Source: Octopus bimaculoides (lineage: Eukaryota). From it: 38,773 nt of DNA. Below, piece after piece: positions 24,103 to 35,600 of this stretch; position 1 is the first letter of the stretch, and each line of letters opens with the position of its first letter. The stretch is taken from NCBI RefSeq assembly GCF_001194135.2, contig NC_068993.1:14522901-14561673 (forward strand), given 5' to 3'. The notes beneath the pieces were generated by a model that worked only from the letters and a program-made list of their open reading frames with translations, did no database searches and was not told the DNA's origin. A program made the position numbers and the translations under genes.

Positions 24103-24477
24103 GTATACAACGGAGTTCTGCTCGCTGAGCTGTATGTTATACTTTGGCTACTGCAGTAGAAGCAGCATTGCGAGCAAGCCGGAGTTTTGTTTGTTGAGCA
24201 GTCTGTGATGGTGTGGTGACTGCAGTAGAAGCAGCACGGCGAGCACGCCAGAGTTCTGCATGTGGAGCTGTCTGTGGTGCTCTGGCGATCGAATTAGAGG
24301 CAGCATTACGAACACACCGGAGTTCTGCTTATTGAGCACATCGGTGTTCTCCTTGTTGAGCAGTCTGTGATGCTCTGGCTGTTGAAGTAGAAGCAGTTTT
24401 GCGAGCACGCCGAAGCACGTAAAACGGAAGCATTTTTTGGTTTTTCTGCCTATTTGACACTTGCTTTTTCCAAGCAT
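24103..24477 (-). pseudogene. Decayed ORF start with 69-bp/23-aa tandem repeats (STPR-like; probable Helitron N-terminal relic)
   Basis: ATG at 24477 begins MLGKSKCQIGRKTK. After a frameshift come units of consensus AELRRARNAASTAAARASQTAQQ (23 aa), about five copies with two in-frame stops. Confidence 0.6.
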
Positions 24478-25352
24478 CCTATCGAAAATCTGTTATTGAA
24501 TGAATCTTTAAAAAAATCAATTAAATTTACCTCGTTGCTGTTTACAAGCACTAAATGTGGTATTTCAACACAAAAAAGTCCCACAACGCTAAAGCGCACT
24601 ATTATTTGCAATGGTATCGTAAGCATCAAATGGCACGTGGATGCGGACAGTTCTGAATGAGCATTCACATCTATAAGCACATGAGGATAGAACGTATTTC
24701 GAGAAAATCGATATTCTATCGACCAAAAATGCAATTGTGATAACATGTAAACGATCGATGCAAACACCAGTGCAATGGCAGTTAGCAGAAAGTAAAGGGT
24801 ATTTCTAAGAAATATCACACTTAAGGGCGAAATTTAAAAAAAAAGAACGTGCAAATCGAAACGGTTTCTAGGAGAACTCTGAAAATGAAAGACAGCCAAA
24901 ACCGTTCTTCCTCTAGGAAAAGGATGATAGCATTAAAATTACCTTATAGTAATTTGGAAGTAATGAAAATTCTTTATAAATAACATTATTTAAGTTCACG
25001 TAACCGGAAAATTTCAAATGGGATATAACATTCGAGAATATGCGATTTACCCGATAAAGTAGCAAAATTTGTGGATGATTAAGCTACCAGAACCGACCGA
25101 GTAGATTGTAACCGATTAATTTCATCTGTAAAATTCGTAAAAATGATTTGCCAAAATATCGTTCGATTATGCTTACTGATAAAAAATAACTCATAATTTT
25201 AAATGTTGATACTAATATTCCTACTTCATGAAATGAAATTAAAGAATTGACAATGAGCATGTACGTGTCAAATCAAGTAAGTCACGCAAAAGTCGAAAAA
25301 TACCGCACATTTTTTGTTGTAAATAAGAAACTGGTAGCTAAGAGTGATAATA

Positions 25353-25898
25353 ATCAAACATAGAGTCAACATCCTGGTGTTTGAAGTGATCACAAGTGGT
25401 GGCGAAGTTATGCCTCCATTCATCTTCCCACACAGCATCAGACTCAACATGGGAGGCCTACAGTAATTTCCTGGAGGATGCGCAGCCTTCGTTCAAGAGG
25501 ATGGCTGCTGGAATACCCTATGTCTAGCAACAGGACTCTGTATCATGCCACATACAAGCAAGAGAACCCAGTTATGGTTGTCAGAGAATTTCTGCCACCA
25601 CATCACCACTAACATCTAGCAACCTAACCCCACACACTGAAAACCCCTTTAATTATTGTGTGGGGTGCAGTTGAGCAAGAGACCAACAAAACTCCTTGTA
25701 ACACCAAGATTCAACTGAAGGCAAGGATTAGGGTAGTGTTCACCAAATGAAACAACGAGACCGTTCAGAAGTGTTGCAGGAACTTCCAAAGTCATCTGAA
25801 GGACGTGGTTGAAGCCAATGGCGATTTTATTTAATAATTTAATAAATTTGGTAATTATAGCTGTCAAAATGAGATGTCAGTTTTATTTTCAGTTTTGC
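25353..25898 (+). mobile_element. Mariner-like DD37D (maT) transposase relic, catalytic and C-terminal half
   Basis: IKHRVNILVFEVITSGGEVMPPFIFPH..PYV*QQDSVSCH/TSKRTQLWLSENFCHHITTNI*QPN../VWGAVEQETNKTPCNTKIQLKARI..VVEANGDFI*. The span from QQD to the eroded PLDY motif fits about 37 aa once frameshifts are corrected. Multiple stops and frameshifts. Confidence 0.9.
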
Positions 25899-26096
25899 AT
25901 TTCAGTCACTTGAGTGCAGCCATGCTGGAGCACCACTTTTAGTCGAATAAATCGACGCCAGGACTTATTCTTTGTAAGCCTAGTATTTATTCTATCGTTC
26001 TCTTTTGCCAAACTACTAGCATACGGGCACGGAAACACACCAACGTCCGTTGTGAAGCGATGGTAGGGTGACAAACACAAATACAGACATATATAT
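25899..26096 (-). mobile_element. SINE family B, 3' half
   Basis: TTTCAGTCACTTGAGTGCAGCCATGCTGGAGCACC..TTAGTCGA..GGACTTATTCTTTGTAAGCCTAG..AAACACACC..ACAAACAC is the reverse complement of the 14796-14990 region. Confidence 0.85.
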
Positions 26097-26339
26097 CTTC
26101 AAGTATGTAACTGCAGCCAATAACTCGGGCTCCTCTTATTGAGCCTGGTTGCATTTCAGCGTCTGGGGGTCGTCGAGATAGAGGTGCCCTATGTCAAGAA
26201 AATCATTCGTCGCAGACATTCTCTTGACATCATCCACACGCCTCTGACTCGGCTTCAGACTTTTTATATATGATCGTAAAAAAAAATATATTATACATAC
26301 CAGACTTTAAAAAGAAATGAGCACAGATGTTACTTCTTT

Positions 26340-26410
26340 CGACTAAAACTTATTCAAAACGGTGCCCCATCTCGGCANNNNNNNNNNCTAACTGAAACAA
26401 ATAAAAAGTA
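26340..26410 (+). mobile_element. SINE family B tail fragment around a 10-N gap
   Basis: CGACTAAAA..CAAAACGGTGCCCCA..[N]..ACTGAAACAAATAAAAAG. Confidence 0.5.
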
Positions 26411-26449
26411 ATATATAAAAAAAAATGTAAATATGAATTACGTATGTAC

Positions 26450-26485
<36 letters not shown>

Positions 26486-27004
26486 CTTTGTATATATGAA
26501 GATGTAAATGTACTGCTACATTGATTGATTACACATAATTCATCAATTCACTCTTTAAAATAATTGAACGGGTATATATGGTATTAGCAAGGGTTCTGAA
26601 CCTCGTATGAAGATTAGTGAATTTAAAAGAACATGTCTTTCCACCGATAATTAAAATCGTATCACCGAGTAGAGTCATTTGTTCGCCGAAAATGCTCAGT
26701 TTAATGCTATATTCCATTAAATAAAACATTCATATGATTTAGAAGTAGGAATTCTAGAAATTGTAATATTTATACTAATGAGTCAAAGATTAATGCTGCA
26801 GGGTTATAATGGAGTGATATATGTGCAGTATATAGGATCACCTACGTAGAAATATTTCCATTAGGAAGCCTGCCTATTTAAACGATATATAATTTATTGT
26901 TATTCGGCAAATTCCCATCGTCTCTGTAATACATTTTACCAATTTCAGTGAAAACAATATCATTGCTAATTTATGGACAGTAAACATAATACATACATGC
27001 AGAT

Positions 27005-27036
<32 letters not shown>

Positions 27037-27110
27037 TCACACACACATACACACACTCACATACACATATACATATATGTATCTATATGTATATATATAT
27101 ACATAATGTT

Positions 27111-27401
27111 GGTACTCCGTCGCCTACGACGTCAAGGGTTCCAGTTGATCTAATCACAGACACGTGTACCCTTAACGTAGTTCTCGGGAATATTAAGCGT
27201 GACACAGTGTGACAAGGCTGGCCCTTTGAATTACAGGCACAGGAGAAACAGGAAGTAAGAGTGAGAGAAAGTTGTTGTGGAAGAGTACCGCAGGGTTCGC
27301 CACCATCCCCTGCTGGAGCCTCGTGGAGCTTTAGGTGTTTTCCCTCAATAAACACTCACAACGCCCCGTCCGCTGCCCTAACCACTGGGCCATTGCGCCT
27401 C
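27111..27401 (-). mobile_element. tRNA-derived SINE family C with the B-box deleted
   Basis: The - strand head GAGGCGCAATGGCCCAGTGGTTAGGGCAGCGGAC has an intact A-box but no GTTCGA. The body and tail (..GGAACCCTTGACGTCGTAGGCGACGGAGTACC) match an octopus SINE recalled from memory. Confidence 0.7.
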
Positions 27402-27404
27402 TAG

Positions 27405-27447
<43 letters not shown>

Positions 27448-29743
27448 CACGAACGCAGGCATATATACATACACGCACACACACACACGTGTGTGTGTAT
27501 TTAAAAGTTTCAAAAATTAAAACACAGGCTCGACCAAGGGACGAACAAAAACTTCCTCCTCAGTTATCGTTCGAAAAATAATTACAATTTCACGTGTTTA
27601 ACCTTAATATGGTTCAATTTTGGTGGCGTATATATTCAATGGATTCTATGAGTATGAATATACTTGGAACACAAATGACCCTACAGAAAAATTTAGAACT
27701 GCCAGTGGCTGAAAGATAACAAGTTAAGACTAATGAATTCATATTAAACAGCTCAGTTCTTTGTTTTTGGTTTTTGTCCTTTATGGAAATAATAATCGGG
27801 AGAGGTATCAAACAAATGCATTCTTGGAATTTTAAATAACTCCGAACGAGAATCGGAGAGATAATTTTTAAAATCAAGACCTTCACTTAGTGAAGTACAA
27901 ATGCTTGTCAACACGTATCCTCTTCTCCGCATACTACCACACTATTTTTTCCATAATGGCACATTAATTTTGGAGAATCACGTTTCTTCTGACGGCGACT
28001 GCGTCAACACTAACGCATTTCTTTAATTTTCTATGTAAGAGAAGATAACTTCATTAAGGCGAAAAGATACATTGCATGATATGAACTGGACTTATTCCGC
28101 ATTCGACATTGTGTGTGTGTGGTATGTATGTTTGTTGTGTATGAGTGTGTATGTTTATATGCGTATGTGTGTGTGTATTTTATACACAGATATATACATA
28201 TATACGCGCACATGTATTTTCACAGACACAAACATACTTACAAATTGAATATATATCTTTCATAAAGATTATCTGATTATATGTATGTAAGCATAAACGT
28301 AAACTTGTAAGTTGACGTACAAACACAATTTAGCATGACGGTGAACTATCACTCGATGCATTTTACTGAGGTATATATTTAATACTATTTACGATGAAAA
28401 ATTTAACCAACATCGAGTTCCAAGCTTCATCTTGCTCGACGTCATTGCTATCACTTTTTACATATGAACACATATAGACACACTCACACACACATTTATA
28501 TATATATATATATGTGTGTGTGTGTACATATATATATGCATATATATATATATATATGTGTGTGTGTGGGGGGGGGGTGTATGTTTGTGTGTGTGTGTGC
28601 GAATGTGTATAGATAAGCGGGAAATCTATATTCGAACTGAACATTCAGTAGTATATGTTAGTGTGTTTAAACTGTGTGTGCTCTCTCTCGAAGTTGTTTC
28701 GCTAACAAATATCCAGGTGTGTGTATAAGTGTGTGCGCGTGTGAATATGTATGTATGTATGCATGTATGTATGTGTATGTATGTATGTATAAACAGTGAC
28801 ACGCGTATGCATATATGTATGTATACACGGAAATACGTATAAAATATAACTACATGCATATAGGTTGGTAGCTTCCTTTGTTATACTATGCTATTGTGAG
28901 GAATTGATTCATATTGTATGCAACTAAAACCGACTGCGATAAGATTTAATGTTTGCAATAAGAATAACAATATCGGTATCGTCTATTCAGTTACCCGCAG
29001 CGAATATCAGATAATTATTTTATGTAGGCTGTATACTAGGTGAATCGAACTGTCTTCTTCGACATTGTATAGAAAAACACTGTTTTGTACATGTGCGGTA
29101 CTTCTGAGGCAACGCTTGCTAATGTTCAAATAACATCGATTTTAATAATCTGAATTGTCTTTCACAAAATTCTGTGTCGATCGTTTCAATTGTTTCTAAT
29201 TATCATTATTTCTCTAGAAGTTGTGCCTAAAGACAAAGAAACTGTTAAACTCATGTGAAGAAACGTTTCAAAGTGATTTGTTTGTTTGAGAAGTGAAATC
29301 TTATTCTTCATTCATGGGTACTTTACAGACAACTTACTGTCTGTAGTTCTGGATCTCTGATTCATTAAGAATGTTCCTTTAAGCTAATTTAGATTTAATT
29401 CTTTAACGGTCACTGAACTAATACAGAGGAAATATACCGGGATCGAACAAACGCGCAAATCATGGTTTATTATTGGAAATTTAAAGATAATAAAAGTTTA
29501 CCATTAGATTTATGTTCTTTTATTTATAAAGGAAACTTGTGGCTAGCTGAGTCAATACATTATCGGATTGTTAGCTTAAAAATCGATCATTTCAGTATCG
29601 TCACTGGCACTACACAATGACTATAGTAAACGTGCATAGTAGTCAATGTTGTAATTCAGCAAGATATAAATCACTACCTAGAACTGGAGACAAACATTCT
29701 TATGAGAAACGGAACAATTTATCATTAAAATGCGTTTCATTAT

Positions 29744-30426
29744 ATTACAGAAATTGAACGTCGTGTCGTTGTATAGACAGACGTCTTTGCAATATCAGCA
29801 AAATTATTTCAGCAGCTGTCTTTCGAAAAGAAAGGGATAGATCTGAAAGATGCCAAAAAACACCCAGAGAACAAGCTGAAAATGATGACTGGAAATCCGC
29901 ATTGGCCGTACCCCAAACGATCTTAAAAGAAATACACATGGAGGACAATGATATACCAGTGTATAACAGTGAATTGGCTTCTAATGGGCAAAGGTCGCAC
30001 AAAGTACTAGAGAATTGTTTAAAAGGAATGGGGGAAAATGTAATTCATATCATTAGCAGCAGGCCATAATACGAGGAAAATGTCTTACATCTCACTCTAC
30101 TGTCTTTTGAGAAATATGCTTTATTCTGGCATATATGTATCTGCGAGTTGTGAATGTGAAAGTGTTAGAAAATCAGAGAAGTGGAAGTACCACTAGTAAA
30201 AACGTAATGCGGGATGTACTAATAAAAACAGGAAAACTTGATTAAGATCTCCTAACGGCACACAGGACCCAAATATTGAGTACATGACATACATGAAAAT
30301 AGGGTTAGTTTCATTGTAGCATAGTTTTTGCAACGACAGTGACGTGAAATCTTTAAATATCCCGTTCAGTCCGAAGCTCCACAAGACGAGCGATGATGGA
30401 TTATTGCGCACATTTTGGACAGTCTC
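29744..30426 (+). mobile_element. Possible older maT/mariner transposase relic
   Basis: Ordered blocks ITEIERRVVV, CNISKII, RKERDRSERCQKTP and QAENDDWKS resemble a recalled maT N-terminus (EIGKRHAV / NISE / RK..SDRS.K.RTP / QAMIENDPSKS). MDYCA-ILDSL at 30396-30426 resembles PMDYxxWSILE. Confidence 0.35.
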
Positions 30427-30766
30427 ACGCAAGAATGAGCTGAGAGTTGGCAAAACAGTTTATTATGCCCATTATTGTATTAAATCCTGACGTCGAGCAT
30501 TCCCCCTGCACTATTCGAGCTTCTTCTCTTTCACTTCATAAGAAACGAACATAAATCACTGATCAGAAGGGTCACCTACACTAAAAATAAAGCACGATGA
30601 TGTTTTAAACGAACAGTGTTTGATGATACTCAAACACATGGTGTTACCCGCAGTATGAGCATCCATTCTTCCCCAGACTTTATCGCTACCGCTCAGGCAT
30701 ATCTCATTGATGTATTCAAAGGAAGACCAAATTTACGCCTGTTATCGATAATATTGACAGCCTCTC

Positions 30767-30964
30767 AAAGCCGCGAGCTACCAGAAAAGATATCACGCCG
30801 GGCGAAAAGCTTAGCAGTATTTCGTCTATCCTTACGTTCTGAGTTCAAACTCCGCCAAGGACGACTTTGCCTTTCATCCTTTCAGGATGGATAAATTAAG
30901 TACCAGTTGCGCACTGGGGTCCATCACAATTTCGGGCCTTGTGCCTAGAGGAGAAGAGATTATT
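30767..30964 (+). mobile_element. SINE family A
   Basis: GCGAGCTACCAGAA..CACGCCGGGCGAAAAGCTTAGCAGTATTTCGTC..GAGTTCAAACTCCGCC..CTTTGCCTTTCATCCTTTC..AAGTACCAGTTGCGCACTGGGGTC..GGCCTTGTGCCTAGAG. Confidence 0.9.
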
Positions 30965-31334
30965 GCCAGCCTTTCACTGCTTCCGCTTTACTCATGCAGT
31001 ATACGTAATGAAACTTCCCTGTTAGTAACCTAATTCCGAGGTGCAGACTTCTATTTCGATTCTCTATGAAATTCATATTAGTAACGGAAGTTCTTGATGC
31101 TAATTCTTGTATTCATTTAGTGTTTCATCTATTTATTGTGTAGAAAGATATCTTAAGTGTGAATTATTGGTTATTAAAGTGTCGATGTCGATTATGTGAC
31201 ATGTAAGTATAGCATTACTTTAATGCTTTGGTAATTCTATAGTATATGTGTTGAAAGTGTTGTATTTACTGCTTGTACTGCATAAATTCTGTTACTGAAT
31301 TGTGATTATATGTATGTTGTATAATATGTAGTGG

Positions 31335-31481
31335 TCATCGTCGTCGTCGTCATCGTTGCCATTGTCGTAGTAGTAGTAGTAGTAGTAGCAGCAGCAGCAA
31401 AAGAGGAGTTGTAACAGCAGTAGAAGCAGTAGTATTAGTGGTAGCGAGAGTAGCAGTAGCAGCAGTAACAGCAACAGCAGC

Positions 31482-31518
<37 letters not shown>

Positions 31519-31630
31519 TTGGTGGTGGTGGTGGTGATGTTGGTGAGAGTAGTAGCAACAACAGCAGTAGTAGTAGTCGTAGTAGTAGAAGTAGGAGCAG
31601 CAAAAGAGGAGTGGTAACAGGTGTAGAAGC

Positions 31631-31667
<37 letters not shown>

Positions 31668-31755
31668 TAGTTGCAGCAGTAGCAGCAGCAGTACTAGCTG
31701 AGGTAGTCTTAGCAACAGCAGCAGCCGCAGCACTAGTAGTAGTAGTAGTAGTAGT
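31335..31755. repeat. Compound (GTA)/(GCA)/(GGT) trinucleotide tract with an internal higher-order duplication
   Basis: Seen directly; a 41-nt motif is repeated at 31394 and 31597. Confidence 0.95.
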
Positions 31756-31838
31756 AAGAGTTGGGGTAATGAAGTGGAGGACTTTTAATACACTGAGAAA
31801 CAACTGTGGATATTTATTGTTTATGACAAAAGTTGAAG

Positions 31839-32030
31839 TAATCTTTTCAACTCTAGGCACAAGGCTCGACATTTTGAGGGAGGGGGCCATTCGAATAGAT
31901 CGGCCCCAGTACGCAACTACTACTTTATTGATCGACCCCGAAACGATGGAAAGCAAAGCCGACCTCGGTGGAATTTGAACTCAGAACGTAAAGACAGACG
32001 AAATACCGCTAAGCGTTACTATCTCGCCAT
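31839..32030 (-). mobile_element. SINE family A
   Basis: CTCTAGGCACAAGG..CCCCAGTACGCAACT..GATCGACCCCGAAA..GACCTCGGTGGAATTTGAACTCAGAACGTAAAGACAGACGAAATACCGCTAAGC. Confidence 0.9.
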
Positions 32031-32046
32031 TTTCGTTCCAAATTTA

Positions 32047-32250
32047 TAATATTTTTTCCTCCAGGCACAAAACCCGAATTTTTTGTGGGGTATGGAGGGG
32101 GCCTACGCAACTGGTACTTAATATATCGACCACGAAAGGGTGAAAAGCAAAGTCGACCTCCGCGGAATTTGAACTCAGAACATAGAGACACACGAAATAC
32201 CGCTAAGAGTTTCGTCCAGCGTGCTAACGATTCTACCATCACGCCACCTT
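32047..32250 (-). mobile_element. SINE family A, tandem second copy
   Basis: CCAGGCACAA..TACGCAACTGGTACTTAAT..GTCGACCTCCGCGGAATTTGAACTCAGAAC..CGTGCTAACGATTCT..CGCCACCTT. Confidence 0.9.
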
Positions 32251-33014
32251 CCTACCAAATATATAATGTATATTTTCAAACGTTCTATTTTATATACTAA
32301 TACGCCTCATCTCAAAAAATTATAAACGTCTTAATGCGTGATTAGAAAATGATTGCAAGTGAAAATGTTTAACTGTCTTAGAATTTAGCTTCAATAGTAT
32401 TTTTCCTGATAAACACTAAATAGATTATGATTCATTTGTTCGCAAAGAATATCTCTGTTAGTTTTAAGAATATTCTACTCAAATATTTAAATATACACTT
32501 TGAATTTTAGCTGTCAAACGTTTTCTATTATTTAGGATTTTAAAATCTCATAATCTAATTAATTGAAAGAATGAAAATGGTTTGTAAAAAATATATATAA
32601 AAAAATAATGAATGTAATATAATTAACAGTGTGTCACGAACTGCCATATATAAATTTTCAATTTTACGTCACATCATTAAACCTTGCTCTCTGTCTTGCC
32701 AATGAACAACAAAAACCGATCGATAAGTCAGAAATTTAATAGTACTACTTCACGAACAATTATGTCTCGTTGATGTTTTGTAGATATTTCGTTATAAATT
32801 AGGGCAAGACAGTTGAATTCTAAGGAGAAACTACGTATGAGATTTGACTTGTTCAACACTGCATATACAACGCTTCTTTTGAATTACATCTAGTTACTCA
32901 TTCAAAGTCTTACGTTGCATACATAGACTACAATTGCGGATATGCATTGTTCTGCACACACTAAATTGAATAATTATGCACGTATATACATTGCATGCCG
33001 TTTTGTAGCATATA

Positions 33015-33091
<77 letters not shown>

Positions 33092-33113
33092 CTATATATA
33101 TGTTCGTGCGAAT

Positions 33114-33144
<31 letters not shown>

Positions 33145-34223
33145 TATATATATATATATGCACGCACACACACATACACGCATACATACATACTAGCATA
33201 TAACAGAATATTAGGCACGCCGCTCTCATTCGTTCAACATTACTAAAGTGTGTATATATGCGTGTGTGAGAGTTTGTGTGTGTCTGCGTGTATATGTGTA
33301 CGAGCGTATGTGTATCTGTCTGTACGTATGTATATATGTGTAAATATATGCGTATATGCTGACTATATGTGTGGATAGATGATTGGATGCATGGATGGAG
33401 ACAAATAGTACCATTTTGCAAATATTGTAAATTGATTTTTTTTTTCTTAGTTTGAAATATCATATTTAGCTTCTCTGATAAATATTTTAGACGCACGAAT
33501 CGCATGAAACATGAAGAAGTGCCAAATAAATCGTGAATTTGTTTAGGCTACGAATCAACATCATATTCATGAATGAGACCATCCGTAGAAAAATTTGCAT
33601 TGTATTTTCGCTGCAAATATGATTTGATGTTTATATATGAAATAAGATGTGTATAAACTCTACCTTCCAGGAACCAAAGTCAGAAGTTGTAAACTTTTGC
33701 TTTCTTTTTTCGTTTCTTTTTCTTTCTTTTTTTTTTTCATTCTCACCAATAATATCAGATAAGTGATTTGCTATCATTTTAGGCATTCACATTTGAGAGT
33801 AACATTAAGTATTCCGTTCTTGAAAACAAACCTAACAATTTTTAACATTTATTTATAGAAAGTAACAAGCTGGACTTGCTAGTGAATGATCTAATATTAA
33901 TAACTTGACCTAATATTAATAACAATGAAACTATAACTAAATCAAGAAGTGGTCTCTTAGGCATGTCTAAATCTAATTGCGCAATACATTGTTTGACAAG
34001 CGATTCCAAACATAAATGAGAACTGTATGGCTGGAACGTCACTTGTTGTAAAAGGTGTATTCTAAGGGAAGTGTCATGGACATTATCAAACCCTACAATC
34101 GATGTCTATACAAATCACGTGTAGCTAACTAGCATCATCAGTTCACCGATTAATATATATTACTTATGCTAGTACACTCTTGCTTGAAATGGTGAGTATA
34201 CGAACAAGATTAGACACCGTAAA

Positions 34224-34428
34224 TAATCTTTTCGCTTATAGGCACAAGGACTGAAATTTGGAGGAAGGGATTAGTGAGTTGCATCGACCCCAATACTTGA
34301 TTCGTAAACCCCCAAAAGGATGAAATAGAATGTCAACCATGACAGAATTTGAACTCAACGTATAAAACCAGAAATGCCGTTAAGACTTTTGCCTGGTGTA
34401 TTCATGTTTCTGTCAGCTCACCGTCTTA
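34224..34428 (-). mobile_element. SINE family A, diverged copy
   Basis: TAGGCACAAGGACTGAAATTT..ATCGACCCCA..AAAGGATGAAA..GAATTTGAACTCA..CAGCTCACCGTCTTA. Confidence 0.8.
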
Positions 34429-35406
34429 GAAACAGTAAATAATAATATATGGCATTGAGATATACCGTGAGCTAACGATGTCCGTCATCCAAATATATAG
34501 AAACCATGCTCTATATTAGAAAACTGTTATATTATCGTCGGTAAATAGGTATGTAGAGATTTAACATTACAGCGTACCTTAGTCCGGTAGTATTTATCTT
34601 ATTGCAACAGTATTCAAAGAATTATTGCAACCACGTGTAGATATTCAGCGCCCTTTATTGTTTTTACTTTTCTGTTGAAGAAAGCAACTTCATAGGCATA
34701 ATGATTAATATAGTTCTGACGCTAGAGAAGAAACATTTACATTGCTATATCCGGTAGCAGAAGAGATTCTTATTACTGGATAAAAGAAACGGAAGTGAAG
34801 AAGTAACATAATACTTGTGGCACAAATGTCTACGGAGAGTGGAATGCTTTGTTGTAGTGATAACAGAGAATTGTAAAAGACTGCACACAACATGAGGCAT
34901 AACAAACTTTGAAAGTTAAAATAAATTTTCCTTTTTCAAAAGTATTAAACCATCGTATGAGGGATATTGAGAATAAAAGGTAATTCAATAGCCTTAAGAA
35001 TTACTTGGAAATCTATTAATTCCGAAATAATAGTAAATATTTCAGAATTAGTAGATATTTAAAATATAGGCTTGTGTGTATGTATGCGTAGCTGTGTGTG
35101 TGTCTATTCATTGACATGTGGAATATCAATGCACTGGGGAACGCGACACGTAACCAAAGTTAGTGCTCCGTAGAATGTTCCACACTCCGCTCTATTGTCT
35201 AATGCAACTAGATAAAGGGGATCAAAGCCCGGGATAGGCTATTGATACTATATGTGCATAAAATGTATGTATGCATGGAAAACAGATGTTGCCACCAGGG
35301 TACATCACATAGCAGCAATATTTAATGTTCCTATTAGATATATTTGTTAAACGTGTTTAGCTTTGCATTTAAATATTCTTAAAATCAATATAGCTTAGCT
35401 TTGTAA

Positions 35407-35600
35407 ATAATTGTTTCTATAGGCCTGAAATCTGATGTGGGGAAAGGGAATAATCGATTACATCGATCGTAGTATTGAATTAGTACTTATTTTATTGACA
35501 CCTGAAGCATGAAAGCAAAGTTGGCCTCGACGGAATTAGAACACAGAACGTAAAGGCAACGGGAAAGCATTTTACCCCAGACGCTAACGATTCTAACAGT
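35407..35600 (-). mobile_element. SINE family A, diverged copy
   Basis: AGGCCTGAAAT..AATCGATTACATCGA..GTACTTATTTTATTGAC..ATGAAAGCAAAGT..GGAATTAGAACACAGAACGTAAAG..GCTAACGATTCT. Confidence 0.75.

Noticed and set aside
24103-24418. CRISPR-like reading of the regularly spaced repeats
   Set aside because: The units are contiguous 69-bp tandem copies without unique spacers, the context is eukaryotic and there are no cas genes.
24148-24477. 109-aa ORF as a functional protein
   Set aside because: Beyond the first ~15 codons it is a shifted reading of the 23-aa repeat; the biologically plausible frame contains stops.
26100-26265. GC-richer segment possibly from a LINE 3' end
   Set aside because: No convincing peptide motif in any frame.
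31699-31708. TGAGGTAGT let-7 seed-like match
   Set aside because: It lies inside a (GTA/GCA) microsatellite and the rest of let-7 is absent.
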